Source: Candidatus Aminicenantes bacterium
GTDB lineage: Bacteria; Acidobacteriota; Aminicenantia; S016-38
Length of the DNA stretch: 64,000 bases
Direction: 5' to 3'
NCBI GenBank assembly: GCA_027068075.1
Contig: JAMOUJ010000006.1
Coordinates: forward strand, 218,706 to 282,705
Shown here: positions 1 to 9,792 of the stretch, one piece after another
How positions within the stretch are numbered: the stretch's first letter is position 1
How the letters are laid out: each line of letters begins with the position of its first letter
Made by a program: the position numbers and the translations under genes
The notes under the pieces: model-generated
What the model was told of the DNA's origin: nothing
The model's input: only the letters and a program-made list of their open reading frames with translations
Database searches by the model: none

Positions 1-1
1 T

Positions 2-1144
2 CCGGAAAAGAAACTTCCCGAGATGGGAATAGACATCATGGACAGGGCAGCCTCCAGGGCGGCCATAGGGTTTTCCAGCGGGGAGAGGCGGATGCCGGAG
101 GTTACCGTTGCAGACCTTCAGAAGGTGGTCTCAGAAATGAGCGGACTCAGGGAGGAGGAGGTCAAGACCTCCAGCCGGGAGGCCGTCAGGGACCTGGAGA
201 AAAAACTCAAGGAGCAGATAATAGGTCAGGATGAGGCCATAGAAAGGATAGCCCGGGTAATCCGGACGGCCAAACTGGGTTTAGATGTGGACAGCCGCAG
301 GCCCGACGGCGTTCTCCTGTTCGTGGGGCCCACCGGCGTGGGCAAGACCGAAACCGCCCGGGCCCTCAGCAGGATACTTTACGGAAACGAGAAGGGCCTC
401 ATAAGAATAGACATGTCCCAGATGATGGAAAAGCATTTTTACTCCTCCCTGGTGGGTGCTCCTCCGGGCTATGTGGGCTACTACGACCAGAATCAACTCA
501 CCGACAGGGTCATGGCCAGGCCCAATTCCGTAATTCTCCTGGACGAGGTAGAAAAGGCCCACGGCCAGGTGCTCAACATATTCCTTCAGGTTTTTGACGC
601 CGGAAGGCTCTCCGACGGAAGGGGCAGGACGGCGTACTTCAACCACGCCACGGTTATAATGACCTCCAACATAGGCACGGACCTTTACTTCCGCTCCAAG
701 ATAGGATTTGAATGGGGGCGGGTGGTCCGGTCCGAAATCATGCAGGAAATAAGGCGGTTTTTTACCCCCGAATTCCTCAACCGTATAGACGAAATAGTCT
801 TTTTCAGACCCCTGGAACTGGAGGATGTGGAGAAGATAGTGGAACTCCAACTGGGGGATGTGAGGAAGAGGCTTAAACTGGAGGGGAAGGCCCTCGTCCT
901 TACGGAAAAGGCCCGAAGGCTTCTGGCCAGGAGGGGCTACTCCAGGGAATACGGAGCCCGGCTCCTGGGCAGAACATTGAGGGAAATGCTACTGGACAAA
1001 CTGGCGGAGATGAAGTTAAAGAAGGAATGGGAGGGATTTAACACCCTGGTGGCGGATGTTCGGGAGGACGAAATAATAATACTTCCTTCCCGGGAGCCTT
1101 CCCTGGAAGAGGCCTATTTATCCAGGGAGATTGAAGGGGTTTGA
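2..1144 (+). CDS. Clp/Hsp100-family AAA+ ATPase, C-terminal (D2) part; 5' end cut by the window edge
   Basis: The reading frame stays open to the window start. Contains 'IIGQDEAIERIA' followed by Walker A 'FVGPTGVGKTE', 'IRIDMSQMMEKH', 'GAPPGYVGY' and Walker B 'ILLDEVEKAH', as in ClpA/B/C D2 domains. Confidence 0.75.
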   Translation, partial: PEKKLPEMGIDIMDRAASRAAIGFSSGERRMPEVTVADLQKVVSEMSGLREEEVKTSSREAVRDLEKKLKEQIIGQDEAIERIARVIRTAKLGLDVDSRRPDGVLLFVGPTGVGKTETARALSRILYGNEKGLIRIDMSQMMEKHFYSSLVGAPPGYVGYYDQNQLTDRVMARPNSVILLDEVEKAHGQVLNIFLQVFDAGRLSDGRGRTAYFNHATVIMTSNIGTDLYFRSKIGFEWGRVVRSEIMQEIRRFFTPEFLNRIDEIVFFRPLELEDVEKIVELQLGDVRKRLKLEGKALVLTEKARRLLARRGYSREYGARLLGRTLREMLLDKLAEMKLKKEWEGFNTLVADVREDEIIILPSREPSLEEAYLSREIEGV

Positions 1145-1161
1145 CAGAAAGTCCTGATGGT

Positions 1162-1200
1162 GGAAATTAAAAGGCCGCTCCCGGAGGGAGCAGCCCTTTA
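1162..1200. terminator. Bidirectional rho-independent terminator between the convergent clp-like (+) and HU (-) genes
   Basis: Hairpin GGCCGCTCCC-gga-GGGAGCAGCC at 1173..1195 (10-bp stem, 1 mismatch). The minus-strand side is followed by TTTTAATTTCC and the plus side by CTTTAACTT. Confidence 0.5.
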
Positions 1201-1206
1201 ACTTCC

Positions 1207-1500
1207 TTACTTGGCTACCCTTTCCTTGAGGGTCTTTCCTGGCCTGAATACTGGATAATACTTGGCAGGTATCTTGATCTTGGCACCGGTGGCAGGATTC
1301 CTTCCTTCCCTGGCCTTGCGATGGCGGGTAAGGAAAGTGCCGAATCCGGGAATGGAAACCTTCCTTCCAGCATCCAGTTCAGTGGCGATTATCCCCTTGC
1401 CGGGACGAGCGTCAAAGATTGCGTTGATAACCTCAAGAGCTTTGGCCTGAGAAAGGCCGGTGATCTTGGCCAACTTTTTCGCCATTTCGGTCTTGGTCAT
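1207..1500 (-). CDS. hup: HU/IHF-family nucleoid-associated DNA-binding protein
   Basis: 'MTKTEMAKKLAKITGLSQAKALEVINAIFD...GFGTF...R.GRNP.TG..I.IPA' HU signature. Start taken at the internal Met (codon 19 of ORF 1207..1554); the upstream extension is not HU-like. Confidence 0.8.
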   Translation of the reverse strand: MTKTEMAKKLAKITGLSQAKALEVINAIFDARPGKGIIATELDAGRKVSIPGFGTFLTRHRKAREGRNPATGAKIKIPAKYYPVFRPGKTLKERVAK

Positions 1501-1663
1501 AGGAACACCTCCTCTTTTTTTTGTATTATAGGACCAGTAAAACTGAAATGTCAATGGTTTTAACGGTTTTAATTAAATTATTTTTTTGAATTAAGGCTAA
1601 ATCCAGCATCCCCGCATCCTGGAGGGGAGGGCGGAGAACCGCCCTCCGTTTCTCCTCTTATTT

Positions 1664-3331
1664 CTAAAGCAGTCCAGTGATGTTTCCCTCTTCATCTATG
1701 TCCACATTTTCGGCGTTGGGATTTGCCGGAAGCCCGGGCATGAGGAGTATGTCTCCGGTTATGGGCACCAGGAACCCCGCCCCGGAGGAGATCCTTATTT
1801 CCCTAACCGTCACCAGGAAGTCCTTGGGCCTTCCCAGCAGGGCAGGGTTGTCCGAAAGGGATTTCTGGGTTTTGGCGATGCAGACGGGAAAGTGCTCAAA
1901 GCCCATCTTCTTGATTTTCTTCAGGTCGGATTTTGCCTTTTTGGTGAAGTCTATGGCCTGGGCCCCGTATATCTCCCGGGCCACGGTTTCTATCTTCTTC
2001 TCCACGGGCATGTCCAGGGGATAGAGGAATTTTCTGGGGGGATTTTCGTCCAGCCGGCCCATGACGGCCTCGGCCAGTTCCACGGCCCCTTCGCCTCCCC
2101 GACTGTAGGCGTCCATGAGGGCTGGAACCGCCCCCATGCTTTCGGCGAACTCCCGTATTATTTTTATCTCCTCCTCCGTATCTCCGTGGAAGCGGTTGAT
2201 GGCTACCACCGCCCTCACGCCGAATTTCCTTATGTTTTCCAGATGCTTTTCCAGGTTTGGTAGGCCCTTTTCCACGGCCTCTGGATCGGGCTCCTGAAGT
2301 TGGGATAGTTTTTTTCCTCCGTGCATTTTGAGGGCCCTGACGGTGGCCACCAGCACCACCAGATTGGGATAGAATCCGGCGGTTCTGGAGACTATGTCAA
2401 AGAATTTTTCCGCCCCCAGGTCAAAGCCGAAACCCGCTTCGGTGACGGCCACCTCCGAGAGTTTCATGGCCAGTTTTGTGGCCAGAATGGAATTGGCTCC
2501 CTGGGCTATGTTGGCAAAGGGACCCCCGTGGATCAGGGCCGGGGTGTTTTCCGTGGTCTGGACCAGGTTTGGTTTAAGGGCATCCTTGAGCAGGGCTGCG
2601 GCGGCCCCCTCCACCTTCAGGTCCCTGGCGAAGACCGGTTCTCCCTCGTAGGTGTAGCCTATGAGGATGTTTCCAATCCTCCTCTTCAGTTCTTCGTAGG
2701 ATTGGGCCAGGCAAAGTATGGCCATAATTTCCGAGGAAGCGGTGATGTGGAAGAAACTTTCCCTAGGGACCCCCTGGGTTCTTCCCCCCAGTCCGATAAC
2801 TATGTGCCTCAGGGAGCGGTCGTTCATGTCAATGACCCTGGACCATTCAATCCTGCGGGGATCCAGGCAGGGCTTTTTTCGCCGGTAGAGGTGGTTGTCC
2901 ACCACGGCGGCTATGAGGTCGTGGGCGGCGGTTACCGCATGGAGGTCTCCGGTAAAGTGAAGGTTTATGTCCTCCGGTGGGAGAACCTGGGCCCTTCCTC
3001 CTCCGGTGGCCCCTCCCTTCATCCCGAAAAGGGGGCCTAAGGAAGGTTCCCTCAGGGCCACCACGGACCTGACCCCTATCCTGTTGAGACCCAGGGAGAG
3101 TCCGATGGATGTGGTGGTTTTACCTTCCCCCGCCGGGGTGGGGGTTATGGCCGATACCAGCACCAATTTTCCGTCCGGTTCACCGGAAAGGCGCTGAAAA
3201 ATGGAGAGGTTAACCTTGGCCTTGAAATCTCCGTAGAGGTCCAGTTCTTCCCTCTTTATTCCGGCCTTTTCCGCTATTTCCCATATGGGTTTCATTTCCA
3301 CGGACCTTGCGATTTCCATGTCGTAACTCAT
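1664..3331 (-). CDS. fhs: Formate--tetrahydrofolate ligase
   Basis: 555 aa with the FTHFS family signature 'ITPTPAGEGKTTTSIGL' and family-typical length. Confidence 0.9.
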   Translation of the reverse strand: MSYDMEIARSVEMKPIWEIAEKAGIKREELDLYGDFKAKVNLSIFQRLSGEPDGKLVLVSAITPTPAGEGKTTTSIGLSLGLNRIGVRSVVALREPSLGPLFGMKGGATGGGRAQVLPPEDINLHFTGDLHAVTAAHDLIAAVVDNHLYRRKKPCLDPRRIEWSRVIDMNDRSLRHIVIGLGGRTQGVPRESFFHITASSEIMAILCLAQSYEELKRRIGNILIGYTYEGEPVFARDLKVEGAAAALLKDALKPNLVQTTENTPALIHGGPFANIAQGANSILATKLAMKLSEVAVTEAGFGFDLGAEKFFDIVSRTAGFYPNLVVLVATVRALKMHGGKKLSQLQEPDPEAVEKGLPNLEKHLENIRKFGVRAVVAINRFHGDTEEEIKIIREFAESMGAVPALMDAYSRGGEGAVELAEAVMGRLDENPPRKFLYPLDMPVEKKIETVAREIYGAQAIDFTKKAKSDLKKIKKMGFEHFPVCIAKTQKSLSDNPALLGRPKDFLVTVREIRISSGAGFLVPITGDILLMPGLPANPNAENVDIDEEGNITGLL

Positions 3332-3333
3332 TT

Positions 3334-4284
3334 TTACCTCCAGACTGGTGTTAAGGGTTCTTTGCCGCTTAGAACGGCTATTATGTTATCCGCCGCCAGA
3401 TGGGCCATGGCTAAGCGGGCCTCTTCCGTGGCGCTCCCTATGTGGGGAAGGAGGACCACATTGTCCAGTTTGAAAAACTCCGGATTGATGCGGGGTTCTC
3501 CCCTGTAGACATCCAGGCCTGCCCCGAAGAGGCTTCCGTCCTTGAGCCTCTCTATAAGCGCCTCCTCGTCTATCACCGCACCCCTGGCGGTGTTTATCAG
3601 GATGGCTCCCTTTTTCAATTTATGTATCCTGTCCCGGTTTATGAGGTTCTCCGTCTCCGCCGTCAGGGGGATGTGGAGGGTTACTATGTCGCTGGTCTGA
3701 AGCAGTTCGTCCAGTGGAAGGTATCGGGCGCAGAGTTCCGCTTCCCTCCAGGTCTCCAGGTTCCTTCGGCTGTGGTAGACCACCTCCATGGAAAAACCCC
3801 GGGCCCTTCTGGCTACGGCCCTTCCTATCCTTCCCATTCCCACGATCCCCAGCCTTTTTCCCCGGAGTTCTTTGCCGAGAAACAACCTGGCTTCCCATCC
3901 CTTGAACTTTCCCGCAACGGTGAACATGTGGGCTTGAACCACTCTCCGGCTGACGGCGAGAATCAGGGCCCAAGTCAGGTCTGCGGTGGCGTCGGTAAGC
4001 AGGTCCGGGGTATTGGTCACCACAATGCCCCTTTCCCGGGCCGCCTCCACATCTATGTTGTCGTAGCCCACGGCATAATTGGCTATAATCCTGAGTTTTC
4101 TTCCCCTCTCAATGACTTCCCGGTCTATGCGGTCCTTCAAAAAACAAAGGAGTCCTTCCTTGTCCTCTATCTTTTTCAGCAGGTCCTGCCTGTCCTTTAT
4201 CCCTATCTCCAGGTCAAAATTGGAGGAAAGTTTCCGGTGAACTTCCTCAAACAGGGGATGGGTGAGGAGGACCTTTTTCTTCAT
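3334..4284 (-). CDS. D-isomer-specific 2-hydroxyacid dehydrogenase (glyoxylate/hydroxypyruvate reductase-like)
   Basis: NAD-binding 'GIVGMGRIGRAVARRA' and the catalytic region are typical of the family. Start set at 'MKKKVLLTHPLF' (ATG 4284..4282), which forms an ATGA overlap with the stop of the upstream gene. The longer ORF to 4470 has a Pro/Gly-rich non-protein-like N-terminus. Confidence 0.75.
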   Translation of the reverse strand: MKKKVLLTHPLFEEVHRKLSSNFDLEIGIKDRQDLLKKIEDKEGLLCFLKDRIDREVIERGRKLRIIANYAVGYDNIDVEAARERGIVVTNTPDLLTDATADLTWALILAVSRRVVQAHMFTVAGKFKGWEARLFLGKELRGKRLGIVGMGRIGRAVARRARGFSMEVVYHSRRNLETWREAELCARYLPLDELLQTSDIVTLHIPLTAETENLINRDRIHKLKKGAILINTARGAVIDEEALIERLKDGSLFGAGLDVYRGEPRINPEFFKLDNVVLLPHIGSATEEARLAMAHLAADNIIAVLSGKEPLTPVWR

Positions 4285-5684
4285 TCTTCCTCCGAAAATT
4301 CTATTCGCAGGGGCTGGCTCCGGTTTCCAGCCCTGTCGTAGGATACGACTTCCAGGGGCTGGAGGTCCATGGGGTGAAGGTTCCACGAAAACCGCAGGCC
4401 CAGGTCCAGGCAAACACCCTGCCGGCAAAGCAAAAACCCGGTGAGGTCCGCCTCTCCTCCGCCCTCCCATTGAAGGTAGATTTTCCCTCCTCCGTGGACC
4501 ACGGACAGGGAATGTGGGGGATAGGGAGCAATGGTTTCAATGGCCTGTTCCCAGACCTCCGCCATTAACTGATATCCCTTCCGGGAGGGATGGTTTCCTT
4601 CGGAAAGGAGTTCGTCCTTCCAGTTGGGATTGCTGGTGAAGGCCTTGAAAAAATCCGCCAGGGGCAGGGAATACTTCCTGGCGAACTTCCTCTGAAGTTT
4701 AACTATGCTGAGGAGTTTGTTGTGGAAATAGGGGGCGTACCAGAACCAATCCTTCCTGGGTATTATGGTGGAGAGGACCACATAGGTCCCGAATCTGAGG
4801 GAACGCTCAATGAGGCCCCGGAGGTTTTCTTCCGTGACGGATAGAGGGTATTCTGCGTGAACCACATCGTTGGTGCCTTCGTTGAGAAGGAGGTATCGCG
4901 CCTGCTCTTCCTCCAGTACCCTGTTGATCCTCAGGATGCCTTCCCGGGTTTCTTCCCCGGGCACTCCCCGGTTGACCACCTGGCTGGGTCCAATTCTTTT
5001 GTTAAGGAGTTTTTCCAGCCTGGGCGGGTATCCTATGGGAGGGTCGTGCTGGCAGGTTCCGTATCCGCACCCGTATGTTATGCTGTCGCCGAAGGCTATG
5101 TATTTGTTGGGGGCCAGTTGGTAGTTAAACCAGAAGGGATGGGAGGGAACCCTCAGGGGAAAAGTTTTAATGCCGGGATTCGGTGGAGGGGGCAGGAGAA
5201 CCTCCCTTTTGAGAAGCATGCCGGCGAAGACCTCCTCCAATTCCAGGAGAAGTTCCCCGTCCTTCACCTTAAACTTTGGGTTTATCTGGGGGCCGAATAG
5301 GGGTTTTATCCAGTATTCCCTTCCTCCCATAAAGACGGCCATTCTGTCCTTTACCCCCACGGAAAGCACCCTCCCCCCTTCCAGACACAGGGCCCGGGGG
5401 GAGTAGAGTTCCTCCTGGGAACTCAGGTAGGGTCTTCTGTCCACCAGAAGAGAATACATGTTTCCCTGGTAGCGAAGTTCCAGGAAATGAAGGGTTCCTC
5501 CGCAGGAAAAGGCCCTGGCGTAGTAACTTCCCGCTCCACCCCGGTAAATCAGGCGGTCCCCCTGAAAAATCGCCGCCCGCCCCTGGACAAACCTCAGGGA
5601 AAACTCCACCCCATCCACCTGAAAACTTCCACCGGTTAGGGCCGAAGCCAGGGCCAGGACCAGGACCAGAAACATTTTCCTCAT
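4281..5684 (-). CDS. Secreted SGNH/GDSL-family hydrolase-domain protein
   Basis: N-terminal signal peptide 'MRKMFLVLVLALASALTG'. Block I 'FGDSITYG' and a later 'NEGTNDV' block match the SGNH pattern. Flanking N- and C-terminal regions are unassigned. Confidence 0.6.
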   Translation of the reverse strand: MRKMFLVLVLALASALTGGSFQVDGVEFSLRFVQGRAAIFQGDRLIYRGGAGSYYARAFSCGGTLHFLELRYQGNMYSLLVDRRPYLSSQEELYSPRALCLEGGRVLSVGVKDRMAVFMGGREYWIKPLFGPQINPKFKVKDGELLLELEEVFAGMLLKREVLLPPPPNPGIKTFPLRVPSHPFWFNYQLAPNKYIAFGDSITYGCGYGTCQHDPPIGYPPRLEKLLNKRIGPSQVVNRGVPGEETREGILRINRVLEEEQARYLLLNEGTNDVVHAEYPLSVTEENLRGLIERSLRFGTYVVLSTIIPRKDWFWYAPYFHNKLLSIVKLQRKFARKYSLPLADFFKAFTSNPNWKDELLSEGNHPSRKGYQLMAEVWEQAIETIAPYPPHSLSVVHGGGKIYLQWEGGGEADLTGFLLCRQGVCLDLGLRFSWNLHPMDLQPLEVVSYDRAGNRSQPLRIEFSEEE

Positions 5685-5710
5685 ACCCCTATGATATCAT
5701 TTAAGAGGAG

Positions 5711-8700
5711 ATGAAAGAATTCGTTCACCTTCACCTGCACACCGAGTATTCAATCCTGGACGGAGCCATCAGGCTGGAAGAACTCTATCAGGAGGCCCGG
5801 CGGCAGGGGATGAGGGCCGTGGCCATGACGGACCACGGCAACCTCTTCGGAGGGGTGAAGTTTTCCCTTCTGGGGGAAGAGTTCGGGGTAAAGCCCATCC
5901 TGGGGGCAGAACTTTACATAGCCCCCGAAGGCATCGGCAAAAGGGAGAACGCCCCCGGAAAACCCTCCTTTTACCACATAACCCTCCTGGCCGAATCCGA
6001 AGAGGGTTACAGGAACCTGAGCAAACTCATCACCGTTTCCTATCTTGAGGGTTTTTATTACAAACCGAGGATTGATAAGGAGTTGTTGAGAAAGCACAGT
6101 GGAGGTCTCATTGCCCTTTCAGGGTGCCTCCAGGGGGAAATTCCGCGGTGGATTCAACTTCAGCGGGAGGACATGGCGGAAAAAGCCATCGCCGAATACA
6201 TGGAGATATTCGGAAGGGACAGGTTTTACCTTGAGATGATGGACCACGGCCTGGAGGAGCAGAAACTGGTAAATTCATACCTGGTCCGGGCCAGCAAGAA
6301 GTTCGGACTGAAACTGGTGGCCACCAACGATGCCCATTACCTCAAGAGGGAAGACAACGAACTTCACGACATCCTCCTATGTATCCAGACCAAATCCAAA
6401 CTTTCCGACGAAAATCGGATGAGGTTTAAAACCCCTGAGTTTTACTTCAAGAGCGCCCGGGAGATGGAGGAGGTTTTCCGGGAAATCCCCGAAGCCTTGG
6501 ACTCCACCCTGGAAATTGCCGAGAGGGTGAACTTCAGGCTCCGCCGCAGCGACAAGTACTATCTCCCAAAATTTCCAGTTCCCCAGGGTTATACCCTGGA
6601 GGGTTATTTTGAAGAACTGGTGAAAAAGGGGTTTGAAGACAGGTGGGAAGAACTCAAAGGGAGCGGAATTAGCAGGGAGGAGTACCTGAAGAGGCTGGAG
6701 AGGGAGATTTCCGTAATAAAGAAGAAGGGCTTTGCCGGATATTTTCTCATCGTCTGGGACATAGTGAGGCGGGCCCGGGAGAGGGGGATTCCCGTGGGTC
6801 CCGGCAGGGGTTCCGCCGCCGGGAGTTTGGCCGCCTACAGTTTAGGAATAACCCAACTGGACCCCCTGAAATACGGGCTTCTCTTTGAGAGGTTCCTGAA
6901 CGAAGAAAGGGTTTCCATGCCGGACATTGACATAGACTTCTGCCGCAGAAGGCGGGGAGAGGTGATTGAGGAGATAAAGAACTCCTACGGGAGCGAAAAT
7001 GTTAGCCAGATAATAACCTTCGGAACCATGAAGGCCCGGGCGGCCATCAGGGATGTGGGGAGGGTGATGGGCATAGACGACGATGTGGTGGACAAGACAG
7101 CGAAGAAAATACCTGCCAACATGAGCATAAAGGAGGCCCTGGAGGCGGAGCCCTCCCTCCGGGAAAGTTACGAGAAGGACTCTCAGGTCAAAAAACTGAT
7201 AGACAACGCCGTGAAGATAGAGGGTAGGATAAGACAGGCTTCTGTCCACGCCGCCGGGGTGGTCATCTCCCCCAGACCCCTGGATGAAATCCTTCCCCTT
7301 CACCGGTCCAAAAAGGGCATAACCACCCAGTTTGAGATGTCCGACCTGGAGGCTTTGGGCCTTCTGAAGATGGACATTCTGGGCCTTGCTAACCTCACGG
7401 TTATTGACGATACCCTGAAAATGCTGAAGGCGAGGGAGGGGGTGGAGGTTAACCTGAAGAAAATACCCCTGGACGATCCCGAAACCATGAAGATCTTTCA
7501 GGAGGGAAGGACCAACGGCGTCTTTCAGTTTGAAAGTTCCGGCATGAAAAGAACCCTTATGAAGGCTCGTCCGCAGAGGTTTGAGCACCTCATCGCCTTA
7601 AACGCCCTCTACCGACCGGGTCCCATGCAGTACATAGATGTTTACATAAGGAGGATGCACGGCGAGGAGAAGGTTACCTATCCCTTCCCGGAACTGGAGT
7701 CCATCCTTAAGGAAACCTACGGTGTTCTGGTCTATCAGGAGCAGGTCATGCTGGTGGCGGTTACCCTGGCGGGTTTTTCCATGACCAAGGCCGACGATCT
7801 GAGGAAGGCCATGGGGAAGAAGAAAATAAAACTCATGGAAAGATTGGGGAAGGAGTTCGTGGAGGGGGCTGTGGCCCGGGGAAAGGACCCGGCCCGGGTG
7901 AAAAAACTCTTTGAGGACATGATGCACTTCGGGCAATACGCCTTCAACAAGTCCCACGCTGCGGTCTATTCCCTCATCGCCTTCTGGACGGCCTACCTGA
8001 AGGCCCACTATCCCACCTATTTCCTTTCCGCCCTTTTGACCAACGCCGCCCAGCGGGGGGAGACCTCTGAAATTCTCAAGTACATAAACGACGCCAGGGA
8101 CTTCGGCATAGAGGTCCTTCCGCCGGATGTCAACGAGAGCGAAAGCGAGTTCGTTCCCGTGGGGGAGAAGAAGATAAGGTTCGGTCTCTCCGCCATAAAA
8201 AATGTTGGGGTGAATGCGGTGAGGAACATAGTGGAGACCAGGAAGAAGGTGGGCAAATTTGACTCCATCTTCCACTTCATAAGGACCGTCAACACCAGAA
8301 TGGTCACCCAGAGAGTCATGAAGTACCTTATAATGGCAGGCGCCATGGACTGCTTCGGTATGGACCGCCATCAAATGGTGGAGTTGGTGGAGAGGTATCT
8401 GGACAGGGTGAAAAAACAGGTGGGGGGACTTTTTGACCAGGAAGACGAGGAAATGCTGGAAATTATAAAAAAGATTCCCCGCTGGGATACCCAACTCCTC
8501 TTGAGCCACGAGAAGGAGGCCCTGGGATTCTATCTCTCCCGCCATCCCCTGGACCCATACAGGGATAAACTTAGCAAAATTCCCCACACCGACCTGGTTA
8601 CCCTGGCGGAGGAGGAAGAGGAAAGACTCCAGATGAAGCACCGGGTGGTGGGGGTGATCACGGAGAAGAAAATAAACAAAACCAGAAACAAGAGAAAAAT

Positions 8701-9136
8701 CGCCTGGTTGTTGATAGAGGACCTCACCGGAGTCATGAAAGCCCTGGTTTATCCCGACACCCTGGCCAGGTACGAGGGGCTTCTGGCGGAGAATGTTCCC
8801 CTGGTCTTTCATGTGACCCTGAGGATAGAACCGGAAGGAGAGAGGCTCCTCATAGTGGATAAGGTTTCCCTTCTGGACGACGAAGCCCTGGCCCACGCCA
8901 AGGAATTGGTTCTCCTGTTCAAGGAGGAGGAAATAACCCTGGAGAAACTGGAGGAGGTCATGAAGGTTCTTCGGGATTACAGGGAGGGAACCACCAAACT
9001 AATTCTGGTGGTGGAATCAGGAGGGGAAAGGAAGAAGTTCGCCTCGGAACTCATCCCGACCCTGAAGGTGGATTCTACCCTCCTGAGGTTGCTCAAGAGG
9101 AAACTGGGGGAGGATGGATTTACCCTTGTTTATTGA
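5711..9136 (+). CDS. dnaE: DNA polymerase III alpha subunit
   Basis: 1141 aa. PHP domain 'VHLHLHTEYSILDGA' and conserved polymerase core ('GPGRGSAAGSLAAY', 'PDIDIDF'). Confidence 0.95.
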   Translation: MKEFVHLHLHTEYSILDGAIRLEELYQEARRQGMRAVAMTDHGNLFGGVKFSLLGEEFGVKPILGAELYIAPEGIGKRENAPGKPSFYHITLLAESEEGYRNLSKLITVSYLEGFYYKPRIDKELLRKHSGGLIALSGCLQGEIPRWIQLQREDMAEKAIAEYMEIFGRDRFYLEMMDHGLEEQKLVNSYLVRASKKFGLKLVATNDAHYLKREDNELHDILLCIQTKSKLSDENRMRFKTPEFYFKSAREMEEVFREIPEALDSTLEIAERVNFRLRRSDKYYLPKFPVPQGYTLEGYFEELVKKGFEDRWEELKGSGISREEYLKRLEREISVIKKKGFAGYFLIVWDIVRRARERGIPVGPGRGSAAGSLAAYSLGITQLDPLKYGLLFERFLNEERVSMPDIDIDFCRRRRGEVIEEIKNSYGSENVSQIITFGTMKARAAIRDVGRVMGIDDDVVDKTAKKIPANMSIKEALEAEPSLRESYEKDSQVKKLIDNAVKIEGRIRQASVHAAGVVISPRPLDEILPLHRSKKGITTQFEMSDLEALGLLKMDILGLANLTVIDDTLKMLKAREGVEVNLKKIPLDDPETMKIFQEGRTNGVFQFESSGMKRTLMKARPQRFEHLIALNALYRPGPMQYIDVYIRRMHGEEKVTYPFPELESILKETYGVLVYQEQVMLVAVTLAGFSMTKADDLRKAMGKKKIKLMERLGKEFVEGAVARGKDPARVKKLFEDMMHFGQYAFNKSHAAVYSLIAFWTAYLKAHYPTYFLSALLTNAAQRGETSEILKYINDARDFGIEVLPPDVNESESEFVPVGEKKIRFGLSAIKNVGVNAVRNIVETRKKVGKFDSIFHFIRTVNTRMVTQRVMKYLIMAGAMDCFGMDRHQMVELVERYLDRVKKQVGGLFDQEDEEMLEIIKKIPRWDTQLLLSHEKEALGFYLSRHPLDPYRDKLSKIPHTDLVTLAEEEEERLQMKHRVVGVITEKKINKTRNKRKIAWLLIEDLTGVMKALVYPDTLARYEGLLAENVPLVFHVTLRIEPEGERLLIVDKVSLLDDEALAHAKELVLLFKEEEITLEKLEEVMKVLRDYREGTTKLILVVESGGERKKFASELIPTLKVDSTLLRLLKRKLGEDGFTLVY

Positions 9137-9783
9137 TGGGAGAGTTTCCTTATGTCTTCGTCCTTCCCCACCACCAGGAGCATGTCGGATTCTTTGATGA
9201 CGAAATCCCCCGAGGGTATAAGGTGGAGTTTTTCCGGGATGATTTCCTTCACCGCTATAACCTGAACTCCGTACCTTCTTCTGAGGTCAAGTTCTTTGAG
9301 GCTTTTTCCTATGAACTCCGGAGGAGGGGCTATCTGCTGAATGGAGTATCCCGGGGCCAGGGGAAGAAGGTCTATCACATTGCCGCTCATGATTTTGTGG
9401 GCGGTTCTTATGGCGATGTCCTTTTCAGGGTAAATCACCTCGGTGGCTCCCAGAACTTCAAGGATCTTCTGGTGGTCCTCGTTGAGGGCTTTAACTATTA
9501 TCTCTTTGATTCCCAGTTCCCGAAGGTAGAGAACGGATAATATGCTGGGTTCCATCCGGGGGCCCAGACCCACTATCACGGCGTCGGCCTCCTTCACTCC
9601 GATACTCTCCAGGGTCTCCTTGTCCGTGGCATCCGCCACGAAGGCCTGGGTGGAGAGATCCTTTATCTTCTCAATTATTCCCTCATCGTTGTCCACGGCT
9701 ATAACTTCCTGGCCGTTTTCGTAAAGGGTTTTGGCTATGTAAAAACCGAAACTTCCCAGTCCCAGAACCACGAATTTTCCCAT
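9130..9783 (-). CDS. trkA: K+ uptake regulatory subunit TrkA/KtrA (RCK N+C domains)
   Basis: 'KFVVLGLGSFGFYIAKTL' Rossmann GxGxxG and a TrkA-C-like C-terminus. Lies upstream of trkH on the same strand. Confidence 0.8.
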   Translation of the reverse strand: MGKFVVLGLGSFGFYIAKTLYENGQEVIAVDNDEGIIEKIKDLSTQAFVADATDKETLESIGVKEADAVIVGLGPRMEPSILSVLYLRELGIKEIIVKALNEDHQKILEVLGATEVIYPEKDIAIRTAHKIMSGNVIDLLPLAPGYSIQQIAPPPEFIGKSLKELDLRRRYGVQVIAVKEIIPEKLHLIPSGDFVIKESDMLLVVGKDEDIRKLSHQ

Positions 9784-9792
9784 TTTTTCCTC

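Noticed and set aside
281-850. Long antisense ORFs inside well-supported genes (e.g. 281..850-, 3442..4341+, 7598..8896-, 9983..10957-, 19663..20526+, 37219..37986-, 48285..49118+, 56747..57658+, 60698..61810+)
   Set aside because: They lie antisense to genes with strong family signatures. They are Gly/Pro/Arg-rich with low complexity, typical of GC-rich shadow frames. None has a motif or RBS.
1626-1665. Perfect 9-bp inverted repeat GGAGGGCGG-agaa-CCGCCCTCC followed by GTTTCTCCTCTTATTTCT on the plus strand, looking like an intrinsic terminator
   Set aside because: No plus-strand gene ends nearby (neighbours fhs and hup are on the minus strand). There is no U-tract on the minus-strand side. 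It may be structural or regulatory, or a protein-binding palindrome, but I cannot support a specific call.
3334-4470. Longer 378-aa version of the 2-hydroxyacid dehydrogenase ORF
   Set aside because: The extra 62 N-terminal residues are Pro/Gly/Arg-rich and overlap the upstream GDSL gene. The internal Met gives a canonical N-terminus and an ATGA junction.
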